A DNA stretch of 64,000 nt, from assembly GCA_040218735.1 (NCBI GenBank), contig JAVJQW010000043.1:192001-256000 (forward strand). Reading direction: 5' to 3'. The position numbers and the translations under genes were made by a program. The DNA is from Deltaproteobacteria bacterium (GTDB lineage Bacteria; Myxococcota; Kuafuiibacteriia; Kuafuiibacteriales; Kuafuiibacteriaceae). The notes under the pieces were generated by a model. That model did not search any database, had not been told where the DNA came from, and saw nothing but the letters and a program-made list of their open reading frames with translations. The stretch's first letter is position 1, and each line of letters starts with the position of its first letter. Shown piece after piece: positions 55,794 to 64,000 of the stretch.

Positions 55794-56119
55794 AGGGTGC
55801 CGCCGATCGTCGCCTCGTACACCTCTTGGCTCCACCTGTCGGTGTCCGAGTCGTAGGAGTAGGGGACCGCGAAGCCGATGGTGAAACGTTTGTCGTCCGT
55901 ACCCGCGGATGCCAACGCGCCGCCGAACGCTGACGCGAGGACGACGGGGGCGTCGCCCGGGTAGAGACCGACCATCGCCGAAGCGCCACCACGTAGCGCG
56001 AGGGCAAAGCCGCCGGCTCGAATCGCGGTGAAGCGGAGGGCGGTCGAGCTGTATCCGAGTGCCAACGGCGTCGCCGGGATCGAGAGCTCGAGCTCGTACG
56101 TCAGGCGAGAGAGGTGAGC
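55790..56119 (-). pseudogene. Probable 3' gene remnant without a convincing start
   Basis: An open frame of 109 sense codons begins directly after the stop of the upstream gene. It is beta-strand-like and ends YEATIGGTL. Confidence 0.35.
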
Positions 56120-57844
56120 TCAGCGGCGGCGTCTCAGGAGCGCCCACGCGAGGAGCGCGCAGGCGAGCCAGGCGTTGGACGTGGCGCCCGTCGTAGCCGT
56201 GCAGCTGCAGCCTTCGTCTTCGGCTTCGCGTGGCTCGGGGGTCTCGTCGATGCTCTCGCCGGCGTCGGGGGGCGGACCGCCGTCCCGCACGCTCGCGTCG
56301 TTGATGCCTCCGTCGTCGGCCGGGCTCGCGCCGCTGTCGCGCGCGGGGCCGCCGTCGCGGTTGGGATCGACGGGTCCGCCATCGCGAGGCGGACCGGCGT
56401 CGATGGTGGCGTTTGCGTCCCGCACGCCGGCGTCGCGGGCCGGGCCGTCTTGCAGCTCGTACGCGCCGCGGTCACACGCGGCGCCTGAGGGACGTGGGGA
56501 GCCGCGTTGGTCAGTGATCAGCGGTTGGCCGTTGGCGGTGCAGCCGGCGGGGTCGCCGCTGTCGAGGGCGGGGCTCCCGGGGAGGAGCGGGACGGTGAGG
56601 GTGCCGCCGCCGAAGTCGCCGAGGGTGCCGAGCATCGCGTCGATAGGCGGGGCGTCGCCGACGAGGTTGCCGTTGCCGCCAGACACCGTGCAGCCGGCGC
56701 CGTTCGCGACGAGGACGTAGCCGAGGCTGTCGATCTGACCGCTGCAGTCCGGGCCGGGGCCCGCGTTGCGAGCGACGATCGAGTTTCGCATGCGCAGCGC
56801 GCCGTTCTGTCGCCACACGCCGCCGCCGGAGGTCGCGGCGGTGTTGTCGGTGATCGTGACGTTGGAGAGCGTGGCTTGGCCGGCGACGATCGAGAGGCCG
56901 CCGCCCTGACCGCCTTGGTTGTTGGCGATGGTGGTGTTGATGAGGGTGACATTCGGGTTGCCGTCGAAGAGCCCGCCGATCGTGCCGACGCGGAAACCGC
57001 CGCCCTCACCGGCGGTGGTGTTGCGGGCGATGACGCTGTCGATGAACGTGATGGTGTTGTTGCCGCCGCTCACTTGCAGCGCGGAGAAGCCGCCGGCGCC
57101 GAGCGGGCCGGTGTGGACGTTGTCGATGATCTGCGTGCGAATCGCGGTGAGGCTCCCGGCTGCGCCGGCTCCGCCGCCGACGAGGCCCGTCGCCGTGTTG
57201 TTCCGGACGATAACGTCGGTCACGGAGCCGACGCAGGTCGTGAGGCAGCGGAAGCCGCCGTCGTTCTCGGTGCTGTTGCCTTCGAGGATGACGCGTTCGA
57301 GCGTCATCATCCCGAGCGAGTCGATCCCGCCGCCGCCGAGGTACGACTGGCACGAAGCGACGCGCGCGTCCGCCATCGAGAGGATCGCGCCCTGCGCGAC
57401 GAGCACGCCGCCGCCGTCGTCCTGCCCGGGGTTGCCGTTCACGATCGAGAGCTGCCGCAAGGTACCTTGCACGCCGGCGACGGGGAGGTGGAACGCCCGG
57501 TCGATGCCTTGCGCGTCGATCGTGGTGGAGGACGGCCCCGCGCCCACGATCTCGACGTCTTCGCGAATGTCGAGGTCACCGGCTTCGGCGTTGTCCTCGA
57601 ACATCCCGCCGATGCCGAGCTGGTAGGTCCCCGCGCCGAGCATGATCGTGTCCACGCCGGCCGACCCGGCGCTGCACCCACCGATCCCGGCGTACGACGG
57701 CGCGTTCTGCGCGGTGCGCAGCGCGTCACGGAGCGTGCAGTTCTGTCCGCCGTCGTCCGTAGCCCCGACGACGATCGTGGCGGCGTGGGCGGTGGAGGTG
57801 ACGGCGGTGAAGGCGAGGGCGAACAGGATCGCGGCGATGCGCAT
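56120..57844 (-). CDS. CSLREA / choice-of-anchor-Q beta-helix surface protein with MYXO-CTERM anchor
   Basis: Signal peptide, CTLRDA, GDLDI, GGG/N repeats, LLPGSPALDSG..DQRG..R..CDRGAYE, and GCSC + TM + RRRR. Confidence 0.9.
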   Translation of the reverse strand: MRIAAILFALAFTAVTSTAHAATIVVGATDDGGQNCTLRDALRTAQNAPSYAGIGGCSAGSAGVDTIMLGAGTYQLGIGGMFEDNAEAGDLDIREDVEIVGAGPSSTTIDAQGIDRAFHLPVAGVQGTLRQLSIVNGNPGQDDGGGVLVAQGAILSMADARVASCQSYLGGGGIDSLGMMTLERVILEGNSTENDGGFRCLTTCVGSVTDVIVRNNTATGLVGGGAGAAGSLTAIRTQIIDNVHTGPLGAGGFSALQVSGGNNTITFIDSVIARNTTAGEGGGFRVGTIGGLFDGNPNVTLINTTIANNQGGQGGGLSIVAGQATLSNVTITDNTAATSGGGVWRQNGALRMRNSIVARNAGPGPDCSGQIDSLGYVLVANGAGCTVSGGNGNLVGDAPPIDAMLGTLGDFGGGTLTVPLLPGSPALDSGDPAGCTANGQPLITDQRGSPRPSGAACDRGAYELQDGPARDAGVRDANATIDAGPPRDGGPVDPNRDGGPARDSGASPADDGGINDASVRDGGPPPDAGESIDETPEPREAEDEGCSCTATTGATSNAWLACALLAWALLRRRR

Positions 57845-58006
57845 GGGTGAGCGCGATTGTACGTGAACGGATTGCTTTGACCACGCCAGACAGCGGCCGG
57901 CCGCGCTCCCCGTCCGTCCTGGGGCGGGGTGGTGATCCCGCGTAGAATCCCGGGGCGGGATCTCGGGGCCTGAAGAGCGGCGAGCAGGGGGAGGTGCTGG
58001 CGGTCT

Positions 58007-59722
58007 TCAGAAGTTGTAGACGCCGCGGAACCAGCCGACGTTGCCGCCGGCTGCGGCTTCGCCGAACTTCGTGTAGGACTTGCCGAGCTCGAAGAGCGCG
58101 CCGACGGCGAGCTCGAGCCCCTGCCCGAAGTTGTAGCTCAGCTCGGGGAAGAGCACGGCCGAGAAACCTTCGGGCGACAGCGGGGAGAAGCTGTTGGTGA
58201 TCCGGCGGCCTAGACTCCGGCGGTAGAGGTCTTCCGTGTAACCCGTGAGCTCGAGGATCGTGAACATGCGGAACAGAAGGTTGCCGTCCATGAACCTCAG
58301 GTCCACGCCGGCGACGAGGTAGTCACCGATACGATTGCGAAGGACCTCGCGGGCGCACTCGTCGCCGTTCTGATCGACGAGCGCGCAGGTGTTCGTCGTG
58401 TCGGGGTCGCTGGTCACGCCGCCCTCGCGCACGACCTTGCCGTCGCTGAAGAAGTCCCCGGCGCCGAATTCGTCGGCGAGGCCGTGGACCCACATCACGT
58501 TCACGTAGACGTGTTCGTTGAAGGTGTAGTCGAGACCGAGGGTCCACTTCGCGAACGGGGTGTCGTCGAGGACGAGCGGGCGTTCGCCGTCGGGGTACGC
58601 ATACTCACCGGCGGGGCGCGTCTGGCCGAGGATGACGATCTCACTCTGGCGCATCGCCAGCCGCTGTTGCCGCGGGAAGTACACGCCGACCTCCATGCGG
58701 TATCCGATGGGTGCGATCGACTCACTCGCCCAGCCCAGGAGGTCGACTTCACCGGTGAGGTTCAGCCCCGTGACCTGCATCTTCGGATAGGCGAGGGTGA
58801 CCGTCGTTCCGAGCGTGCCGTCGATGCAGTCCATGGCGTTGGATGGGTTGCACTGCTGACCCATGAGTTGCTGAGTGAAGTTGTCGATGGGTACCGGAAA
58901 GTCAGATCGCCCGTAGTAGTAACTCAGGGAGAGGTCCTGCTCGAAGATCACCGTCGCCGCGCGCAACATGAATTGCATGTTCTCGGCCGTCGGTTCGGGG
59001 AGTTGGATCAGGGCGTCGTCGACCAGGGTCGGGTAGCCGAAGTTCTCGCTCGCGGCGGCCTCGGCGTGCAGGCGGCGGCGGAAGTCGACGTCGAGGTGCG
59101 GGAGGCGGTCCACCGCGCCGACCGCGAGGGGCGCCGAGCTGGGGAGGAGCGCCGGGCGGAAGATCGGGACGAGCGCGCCGGAGAACGTGATGTTGTCGGT
59201 GACGGCGTAGTCGAGGCGCGCCATCAGGTTGGACTGCTGCGTGCCGAAGAGGAGGCGGTCCTCGAGGTCGTCCGCATTGAGGTTGTTCGTGGGGTTGAAC
59301 TGGTCCGCGACGCCCCAGTTGATGATCTGGTAGCCGACGCGCAGGTCGAGGCCTTCGACGAACAGGTCGATGCCCTCCAGGTAGGCGGATTGCGCTTCGA
59401 TGCGGACGGGTTCGTCGACCTCGCGCAGCGACAGGTCGTCGAGCGTCGCGGTGCGCGCGAAGCCGAGCCAGACGAGGTCGACGTCGATGATGCCGGCGAA
59501 GCGCTCCGTGGTCGCGTTCGCCTTGAGCTTGAGGATGTGCTCGTTGCGCGCGAAGCCGTCGGCGAGGACGCGCCGGTCGTAGAAGTCGCCGACGAGCGTC
59601 TCGGACGGACGGTAGCGGATGTTCGACTGGATGCGACCGCCGAGGGTGAGGTCCAGCTCGGCCGAGGCCGCGCGCGGCACGAGCCCGATTACGACGAGGA
59701 TCAGACCCGGCCACCACCGCAT
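58007..59722 (-). CDS. Outer-membrane beta-barrel protein (DUF1302-like)
   Basis: Signal peptide, LRVGYQIINWGVADQFNPTNNLN and a C-terminal aromatic beta-signal (GVYNF). Confidence 0.75.
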   Translation of the reverse strand: MRWWPGLILVVIGLVPRAASAELDLTLGGRIQSNIRYRPSETLVGDFYDRRVLADGFARNEHILKLKANATTERFAGIIDVDLVWLGFARTATLDDLSLREVDEPVRIEAQSAYLEGIDLFVEGLDLRVGYQIINWGVADQFNPTNNLNADDLEDRLLFGTQQSNLMARLDYAVTDNITFSGALVPIFRPALLPSSAPLAVGAVDRLPHLDVDFRRRLHAEAAASENFGYPTLVDDALIQLPEPTAENMQFMLRAATVIFEQDLSLSYYYGRSDFPVPIDNFTQQLMGQQCNPSNAMDCIDGTLGTTVTLAYPKMQVTGLNLTGEVDLLGWASESIAPIGYRMEVGVYFPRQQRLAMRQSEIVILGQTRPAGEYAYPDGERPLVLDDTPFAKWTLGLDYTFNEHVYVNVMWVHGLADEFGAGDFFSDGKVVREGGVTSDPDTTNTCALVDQNGDECAREVLRNRIGDYLVAGVDLRFMDGNLLFRMFTILELTGYTEDLYRRSLGRRITNSFSPLSPEGFSAVLFPELSYNFGQGLELAVGALFELGKSYTKFGEAAAGGNVGWFRGVYNF

Positions 59723-59750
59723 CGCGGGGCTCGTAACACGTTTTTTGGTG

Positions 59751-60821
59751 TCAGATGAACGTGTGCACGTCAGGGCGGTACCCGAGGTAATCGCTGAGCA
59801 GTTGGAACATCTCGGGGCTCGCCGTGCGGAGCGCCTCCGGGTCTTCCGTGAACAGCTTCAGCATCGTCGGGTAGGCCTCGAGACCGTCCGCGTTGAGACC
59901 CTGCTCGGCGAGTAGCCCCTGGACGTCCTCCGAAGCGACCAGCTCGTCGAAGCGCTCGGGGTCGGGGAAGTCGTGCGGGACCACGCCCTTGTCGTGGCGT
60001 CCTCCGTCGAGCGAGGCCCCCTGTTCGACGTGCGCGAGCTCGTGGATCACGAGGTTGTCGCCCTGGTCGACGAGGTGTCCGTACAGGGCGTCGGAGCGGA
60101 GCGTGAGATCGCCGGACGCGGGCGCGCCGCCGGAGTAGCCGAGGTCGCGCTCCGGGGGGAACACGTAGACGTCGAAGGTGCCGGTGCCGTCGACGTCGCG
60201 CACGACACCGTTCGACTGGTCGTCGCCGGCGAAGTCGGGGACTTCGTCGAGCTCGTGGTTGGACGCGGTCTCGATCATGCGGTCGAGCGCCTCGGGGCGA
60301 CCGAACGTCTCGGCGGCGATGCCGCGGAACGTGAGCTCCTCGAGCGCGGCGTCGGGCGTGGCGCCGTCTTCGTAGCGGAAGTTGATGCGGTCGTCGCTGC
60401 GCACCTCGTCGAGGTACGCGTCGTACGCGGCTTGATCTTCCGGCGTCAGGTTCGCGCGGAACGTGTCGACGTCGTCGAACGCCGCCGGGTCCCCCGTCGC
60501 TTCGAAGTCGGTGCGGGCGGTTTCGAGATCGGCGCGTCGTTCTTCGACGGGACGATCGCCGAACGGGACCTCGTTGGCCTCGGGGACGGGGTTCTTTTGC
60601 TCGATGCGATCCCGGATCGTCTGTTCGAGGATTCGGCGCGCCTCGCGAGCGGCTTCGACCAGGCTGGTCGCGGGACGGCGGCGCGTGATCGAGGGCGCCT
60701 CGATCTCCGGCGCCGCTGGCGTTTCGAGCGGTGCTGCGTCGCCGTGCGGCTCGTCGAGCTCGGCGATCGTCTGCGTGGGCTGAAAGGTGGTGCGGGTGTT
60801 GGTCGGTGCATCGACGGACAT
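59751..60821 (-). CDS. Zinc-dependent peptidase (MtfA/M90-like C-terminal domain) with disordered N-terminus
   Basis: GDNLVIHELAH and EAYP..LKLF.EDPEALR..SPEMFQLLSDYL..RP. Start is uncertain. Confidence 0.6.
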   Translation of the reverse strand: MSVDAPTNTRTTFQPTQTIAELDEPHGDAAPLETPAAPEIEAPSITRRRPATSLVEAAREARRILEQTIRDRIEQKNPVPEANEVPFGDRPVEERRADLETARTDFEATGDPAAFDDVDTFRANLTPEDQAAYDAYLDEVRSDDRINFRYEDGATPDAALEELTFRGIAAETFGRPEALDRMIETASNHELDEVPDFAGDDQSNGVVRDVDGTGTFDVYVFPPERDLGYSGGAPASGDLTLRSDALYGHLVDQGDNLVIHELAHVEQGASLDGGRHDKGVVPHDFPDPERFDELVASEDVQGLLAEQGLNADGLEAYPTMLKLFTEDPEALRTASPEMFQLLSDYLGYRPDVHTFI

Positions 60822-60888
60822 GCTGCGACGATGAGGGGGCGCGGCCGTGATCTCGATTACGCTCGCGTTACGCTCTGCCTCGTTTCTT

Positions 60889-63800
60889 TCAGGTGTGTGT
60901 GCGGATGCGTGTCTCTGCTTCACGTGCCGCTTCGCAATCCAGCTTGCGCAGCGCGGGCAACGCCGCCTTCGTCCCGAACGCGCCGAGGGCGTGCGCCGCG
61001 GAGGCGCGGACGTCAGGATCCGTGTGCTCCACGAGGATGTTGATCAGCGCCTGCTCGCGCTGGTGTTCGGCGACGAAGCGCGTGCTCGAGAAGATCGCGA
61101 AGAGCGCAGCGAGGCGGACGCTCGGATCGGGGTCGTAGAGGCGCCGCTCGAGGGATCCGCGCACTTCTCGGACGGACCATCGGCTCCCGAGGAAACGTGT
61201 GGCGCGGGCGCGCGTCTGCGCGGAGGCGGCGTTCTCGGCGACGTGCTCGATCGCCTCGACCGCGGTGTCGCGACGGACCACGGCGGCCTTGAGGGCTTCG
61301 TCTTGGAGATCGGGATCGTCGGACCGCATCGCCCCGGCGAGGAGGCGCCCGACGTCCTCGCGCTCCGGCGCCTGCGCCGCGAGGTGGCGGATCGCCTGGA
61401 TGCGAACCTCGGCGGGGACGCGATCGGAGGCCGCGAGGGTCATCAGCCCGCGGTGCCCGTTCGGTCCCGCGCGCAAGGCAACTTGCAGCGCGGCCCGCGC
61501 GCGTTCGAGCCCGAGCGCGGGCCGCCGCGGCCGAGGCGCGGGACGAACGAGGCGCGCGACGTGCGGGTCGACCGCGGGCAACGCGCCGCCCGCGCGCGAC
61601 GGCGGTGGCGCGTTATGCAGACCGGGAGATTCGCTACGCGGACCGGCAGATTCGTTCTGCGGACCGGCAGATTCGTTCTGCGGACCGGCAGATTCGCTAC
61701 GCGGACCGGGAGATTCGCTACGCGGTCCGGCAGATTCGTTCTGCGGTCCGGGAGATTCGCTACGCGGACCGGCAGATTCGTTCTGCGGACCGGCAGATTC
61801 GTTCTGCGGACCGGCAGATTCGCTCTGCGGTCCGGCAGATCCGCTACGCGGACCGGGAGATTCGCTACGCGGTCCGGCAGATTCGTTCTGCGGTCCGGCA
61901 TATTCGCTACGCGGTCCGGTATATTCGCTCTGCGGTCCGCCCGATGCGTTCTCCGAGTCCGCATATCTCGCGCCGCCGCCGGCTGGCGCCGCGGGGCGCG
62001 TGTCCGCGACATCGAACGCCGGGGCCTCCGGCTGCGTGACGTCCGACCAGAACGTCACCGGGAGCTGCGGCGTCGTTGCGGGCGCTTCTCCGCCCGTGGT
62101 CTCCCGGCGCGCGCGGTCCACGAGCCCCGGCGACGCGGCCTCCAGCGCCGCGAACAGCTGCGCGTGATCCTCCGCCTCGAACGTGCGCTCGATCCACCGC
62201 ACCGCGCGCTGGCGCACCGGCAGCGCCAGGCGCGTGTCGTAGGCGATCGCGCCCGCCGCGCCGTAACCCGCGAGGCCCAAGGCGATCGCGCCGTCGAGCG
62301 CGGCGTCCGCCATCTCCGCGTCGCTCGTTTGGGCAACGCGGTCCAGGAGCCCGGCGCACTCCGCGCCGGCCCGTCGCATCGCGATCGCGGTCGCCGCGAC
62401 CCGAACATCGCGCTCGTCGTCGCGGAGGGCGCGGGTCACCGCGTCGTGCACCAACGTCGGCGTCCCCGATGCGTCCAGTATCTGCAACGCGCGAATCCGC
62501 ACTTCGGCGCGCGGCGCGTGAGCGGCTGCGTCGCGCAGCCCGCCGGCGCCGTGCAGCGTCGCGAGGAGCGCGGCCTCCGCCAACTCGAAGTCGTCGCCGC
62601 TCCACAGCGACCGCAAGGTAGGTTGCGCCGCCGCACCGAACCTCGATCCCAGCGCACGAGTCGCCGCGACACGCACTGCCGTCGCGGCGTCCGAGAGCGC
62701 GAGGCGCGTCAGCGTGCCGGCACCTCTCCGGCCCAGCTTCAGGGCACCGAGCAACACCGCGCGCTCCGCGTCGTCCGCGATCGCCCGCGTCACGGTGTCC
62801 TCGTAGCCCTCGACCGCGATCGACGCCGCGAGCTCGTAGGCCAAACACCGAACCTCGAACGCGTCGTCGACCTGCAGTCGCTCCAGCGCACCGAGCGCCA
62901 CGCGCCACGGCAGCGACTCCGCGATCCGGAGCATCGCCGCCTTCCGTTCCACTAGCAATCCGGTCCGCGCGGCGCGCTCGAGTGTGTCGGCGTCGATGCC
63001 ATCGATCCGCACCAGCGCCGCCGATGAGGCCTGCGCGACACGCGTCGACGCATCGCCCACCCACTTCGCCAACCGAGATGACACCCGCTCCGCCGGCCAG
63101 TCACGCGCGATGCGATCGACGGCGCGTGCCCGTACCTCCACGTCCACGGCCGGCGACGACGCCAGCTCCACCAACGCCTCGAACACCCCATGCTCCGCCG
63201 CGCACTCGTGGGCTGCGTGCGCCGCTTCGAGGCGCACGAACGCCGACGCCGACTGCATTGCCTCCGCGCAAAGCCCCAACGTCAGCGAAGGCTCCAGGTG
63301 CGCCGCGAGGTGACGCATCGCTCGCCCGCGGAGCGGCGCGGGTGCGTCCGTCGTCGCGATCGTCTCGACCAGCGACAGCCCCGCGCGGCCCTGCGCGATC
63401 GCGAGGTCGAGCACCAAGCCATACACGTCCTCGCGCGCGGCCGCGGCGAGGAACCGCTCGAGCGTCGGCACCACCGTGTCCGGCGCAAACGCGTTTGCGA
63501 TGAACGTCAGCGCGCGCGGGTCACCCGTCGCCAGGAGCGCTTCGACGTCGTGCGTGAGCATCGCCCTACGCAGCGCTTCGAGCTCGGGCCGCGGAGCGCC
63601 CAGCCACGTATCGATCTCGTGCAGCCACCCCTCGCGCAGGACGACCACTCGGTCAGGACGCACCGACTGCGGCAGCGCGGGGCGCGTCGCGTCCAGCAAC
63701 ATCGCGCGCCCGCCGAAGCGCTGCACGAGCTCGGCGCCCGAGAGCCCGGGCAACCGCAACGCCGCGATCAGACAGGGCGCGGGCCGCTCCAGGGCCGCCT

Positions 63801-63894
63801 CGGCCGTGGCCACGATGTGGGACGTGTGTCCGTGCGTCTGAGCAAAGACCGCAACGGAAGCAGCGATGCGAGCGTCGAGTCCAACGAGCAGCAC
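60889..63894 (-). CDS. HEAT-repeat protein with N-terminal degenerate receiver-like domain and heptad repeat linker
   Basis: LRLPGLSGAELV (REC-like, but without the acidic residues), many D...VR.AA..AL repeats, and an internal (S/N)ESAGP(Q/R) array. Confidence 0.8.
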   Translation of the reverse strand: MLLVGLDARIAASVAVFAQTHGHTSHIVATAEAALERPAPCLIAALRLPGLSGAELVQRFGGRAMLLDATRPALPQSVRPDRVVVLREGWLHEIDTWLGAPRPELEALRRAMLTHDVEALLATGDPRALTFIANAFAPDTVVPTLERFLAAAAREDVYGLVLDLAIAQGRAGLSLVETIATTDAPAPLRGRAMRHLAAHLEPSLTLGLCAEAMQSASAFVRLEAAHAAHECAAEHGVFEALVELASSPAVDVEVRARAVDRIARDWPAERVSSRLAKWVGDASTRVAQASSAALVRIDGIDADTLERAARTGLLVERKAAMLRIAESLPWRVALGALERLQVDDAFEVRCLAYELAASIAVEGYEDTVTRAIADDAERAVLLGALKLGRRGAGTLTRLALSDAATAVRVAATRALGSRFGAAAQPTLRSLWSGDDFELAEAALLATLHGAGGLRDAAAHAPRAEVRIRALQILDASGTPTLVHDAVTRALRDDERDVRVAATAIAMRRAGAECAGLLDRVAQTSDAEMADAALDGAIALGLAGYGAAGAIAYDTRLALPVRQRAVRWIERTFEAEDHAQLFAALEAASPGLVDRARRETTGGEAPATTPQLPVTFWSDVTQPEAPAFDVADTRPAAPAGGGARYADSENASGGPQSEYTGPRSEYAGPQNESAGPRSESPGPRSGSAGPQSESAGPQNESAGPQNESAGPRSESPGPQNESAGPRSESPGPRSESAGPQNESAGPQNESAGPRSESPGLHNAPPPSRAGGALPAVDPHVARLVRPAPRPRRPALGLERARAALQVALRAGPNGHRGLMTLAASDRVPAEVRIQAIRHLAAQAPEREDVGRLLAGAMRSDDPDLQDEALKAAVVRRDTAVEAIEHVAENAASAQTRARATRFLGSRWSVREVRGSLERRLYDPDPSVRLAALFAIFSSTRFVAEHQREQALINILVEHTDPDVRASAAHALGAFGTKAALPALRKLDCEAAREAETRIRTHT
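61621..61956. repeat. 21-bp tandem repeat, 15 copies plus 1 degenerate copy (coding VNTR)
   Basis: Consensus WCCGGSAGATTCGYTMYGCGG, contiguous and without spacers. Confidence 0.95.
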
Positions 63895-64000
63895 GTGAGC
63901 GGAGTGTAGGCCCAACCGGCCCGCGGGCAAGGTGGGCCCCCTTCGCAAAAAATCGAACGGTGGTAGACACGAGCGCTACCGATTTTCGTGGACCGCGTAG

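Noticed and set aside
57845-58006. Structured intergenic region (GATCCCGC...GCGGGATC) as a riboswitch or ncRNA
   Set aside because: There is no recognisable aptamer consensus and no U-tract. GC-rich stems arise easily by chance, and an Rfam search would be needed.
61621-61956. Possible CRISPR array
   Set aside because: The units are contiguous 21-mers without unique spacers, lie in frame within a CDS, and no cas genes are present.

Overview
This is a high-GC, gene-dense chromosomal segment, most likely from a Myxococcota (myxobacteria-like) bacterium. The evidence is a MYXO-CTERM protein, four Hanks-type Ser/Thr kinases, FHA-fused signalling proteins and a DUF1592-family lipoprotein. About 48 CDS were found, and no rRNA, tRNA, CRISPR array, transposase or integrase. 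Recognisable housekeeping genes are mpl, atpG, lptF/lptG, menB, trxA, a FadF-like Fe-S oxidoreductase and a quinone oxidoreductase. The most striking accessory block is 27.1-36.2 kb. There, an ECF sigma / membrane anti-sigma / trypsin lipoprotein / lipoprotein unit converges on a lipoprotein TPR-CHAT (caspase-like) protease. That protease sits directly downstream of a tightly packed four-gene isoprenoid operon: a cis-prenyltransferase with an NHLP-leader-like N-terminal domain, a ferritin-like di-iron enzyme, a GNAT-like protein and a divergent squalene/phytoene synthase. Other oddities are an orphan toxin-like gene with no immunity partner, an isolated atpG with a long loop insertion, a SpoIID-cyclohexadienyl dehydratase fusion, a PhnD-like + MMPL + LolA-like + beta-barrel lipid-transport set, an 81-bp in-frame palindromic insertion, a 21-bp coding tandem repeat and a recurrent leaderless-type -10 motif. 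All family assignments come from motif recognition by eye, not from database searches.
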